Shown here piece by piece: positions 63,466-64,000 of a stretch of 64,000 bases of DNA. The stretch lies in NCBI GenBank assembly GCA_030704615.1, contig CM060732.1, positions 33,170,001 through 33,234,000 on the forward strand. The letters are read 5' to 3'. The translations under genes and the position numbers were made by a program. The DNA is from Takakia lepidozioides (lineage: Eukaryota; Plantae; Bryophyta). How positions within the stretch are numbered: position 1 is the first letter of the stretch; each line of letters starts with the position of its first letter. The notes under the pieces were generated by a model. It made no database searches and was not told the origin of the DNA. It saw only the letters and a program-made list of their open reading frames with translations.

Positions 63466-63800
63466 TGAGCACTGGACCCTCATTCGTATGCGGTGTTCGA
63501 AAAACCTTTGCCGCTGACATGGTCATCCTTGACATCCCAGACGGCCAGCCTGTCCCCGACGTTCCTCCAAATGGAAAGACTCCGTCCTAGAACAGATTCG
63601 ATGAGAACTACTGGAGTTGGGTATTCGGGTTCTGCAATAATTTCCTTTCAGATGTAGGAACGCTCTTGCTCTTCCAGTCATGTGACAAGGATATTCGTAG
63701 GGGACTGGCATCATACCTGAAGTCGTCTGGGTTCGAAATTCTGAAGACATGGAATTGTGTGAACATCCTCTACCTTCTAAAAGGTGGTTTCCCTGGACAG
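63466..63800 (+). pseudogene. Methyltransferase-like exon of the diverged lineage, in opposite orientation to the adjacent ParB exons
   Basis: ADMVILDIPDGQPV..PS*NRFDENYWSW..FLSDVGTLLLF..KTWNCVN parallels WDMILLDIPDG..PTWNRFTEDYWK..LLDDGGCVVVL..KWFCIS. Confidence 0.75.
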
Positions 63801-64000
63801 CTGATATGGCACCACCCTCCTCCGTTCTATTTTCCATGTCTTCTTGTTATGTCTGCTGGCTTGCTCTACCACCATCTGTGATGATCGGCAACGACTATCA
63901 CAAATACATTCGGTTGTAATTTTTATTTGCAGTCCATGTTTTGTTCCTTCCTGTGCCAGACATCCTCCAATATTTCCATGTCTCACCCCTATCTTCTATC

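Overview
Eukaryotic, very probably plant, repeat-rich DNA (GT-AG introns, TTTAGGG motifs, CACTA and Ty3/Gypsy relics; a non-seed land plant is my guess). No host gene is recognisable. The window is a nested pile of 13.6-15 kb DNA transposons of one superfamily, in at least three lineages (A, B, C). Each carries (i) a two-exon Mutator/MULE-type DDE transposase with an N-terminal GCM/WRKY-like Zn domain and a C-terminal SWIM finger, and (ii) a divergently transcribed multi-exon cargo gene that fuses a ParB/Srx-like domain (VWDGNHR) to a beta-class N6A/N4C DNA methyltransferase-like domain with an unusual DIPDG catalytic motif. Some copies also carry (iii) a third, unknown ~220 aa ORF. Non-coding parts, including introns, hold dense arrays of a lineage-specific ~22 bp palindrome (A: GGAAATGCGG-YR-CCGCATTTCC; B: GGAAATTCGG-CG-CCGAATTTCC). 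Their spacings fall near whole helical turns (about 32, 53, 74, 85, 95 bp). Copies: A1 (1-6737, right part only), B1 (13404-27074, reverse, truncated), A2 (27075-42096, both ends, no TSD), B2 (43032-56618, complete, 8 bp TSD AGTCGGAC, inserted in a lineage-C transposase). Also present: a non-autonomous CACTA element, a decayed Gypsy pol interrupted by a hAT-like element and a solo LTR, and local duplications. All transposase and ParB-MTase copies are disrupted. Part of 25.2-40.3 kb looks like low-quality consensus, so some frameshifts there may be artefacts. Protein family calls come from motif recognition by eye, not from searches.
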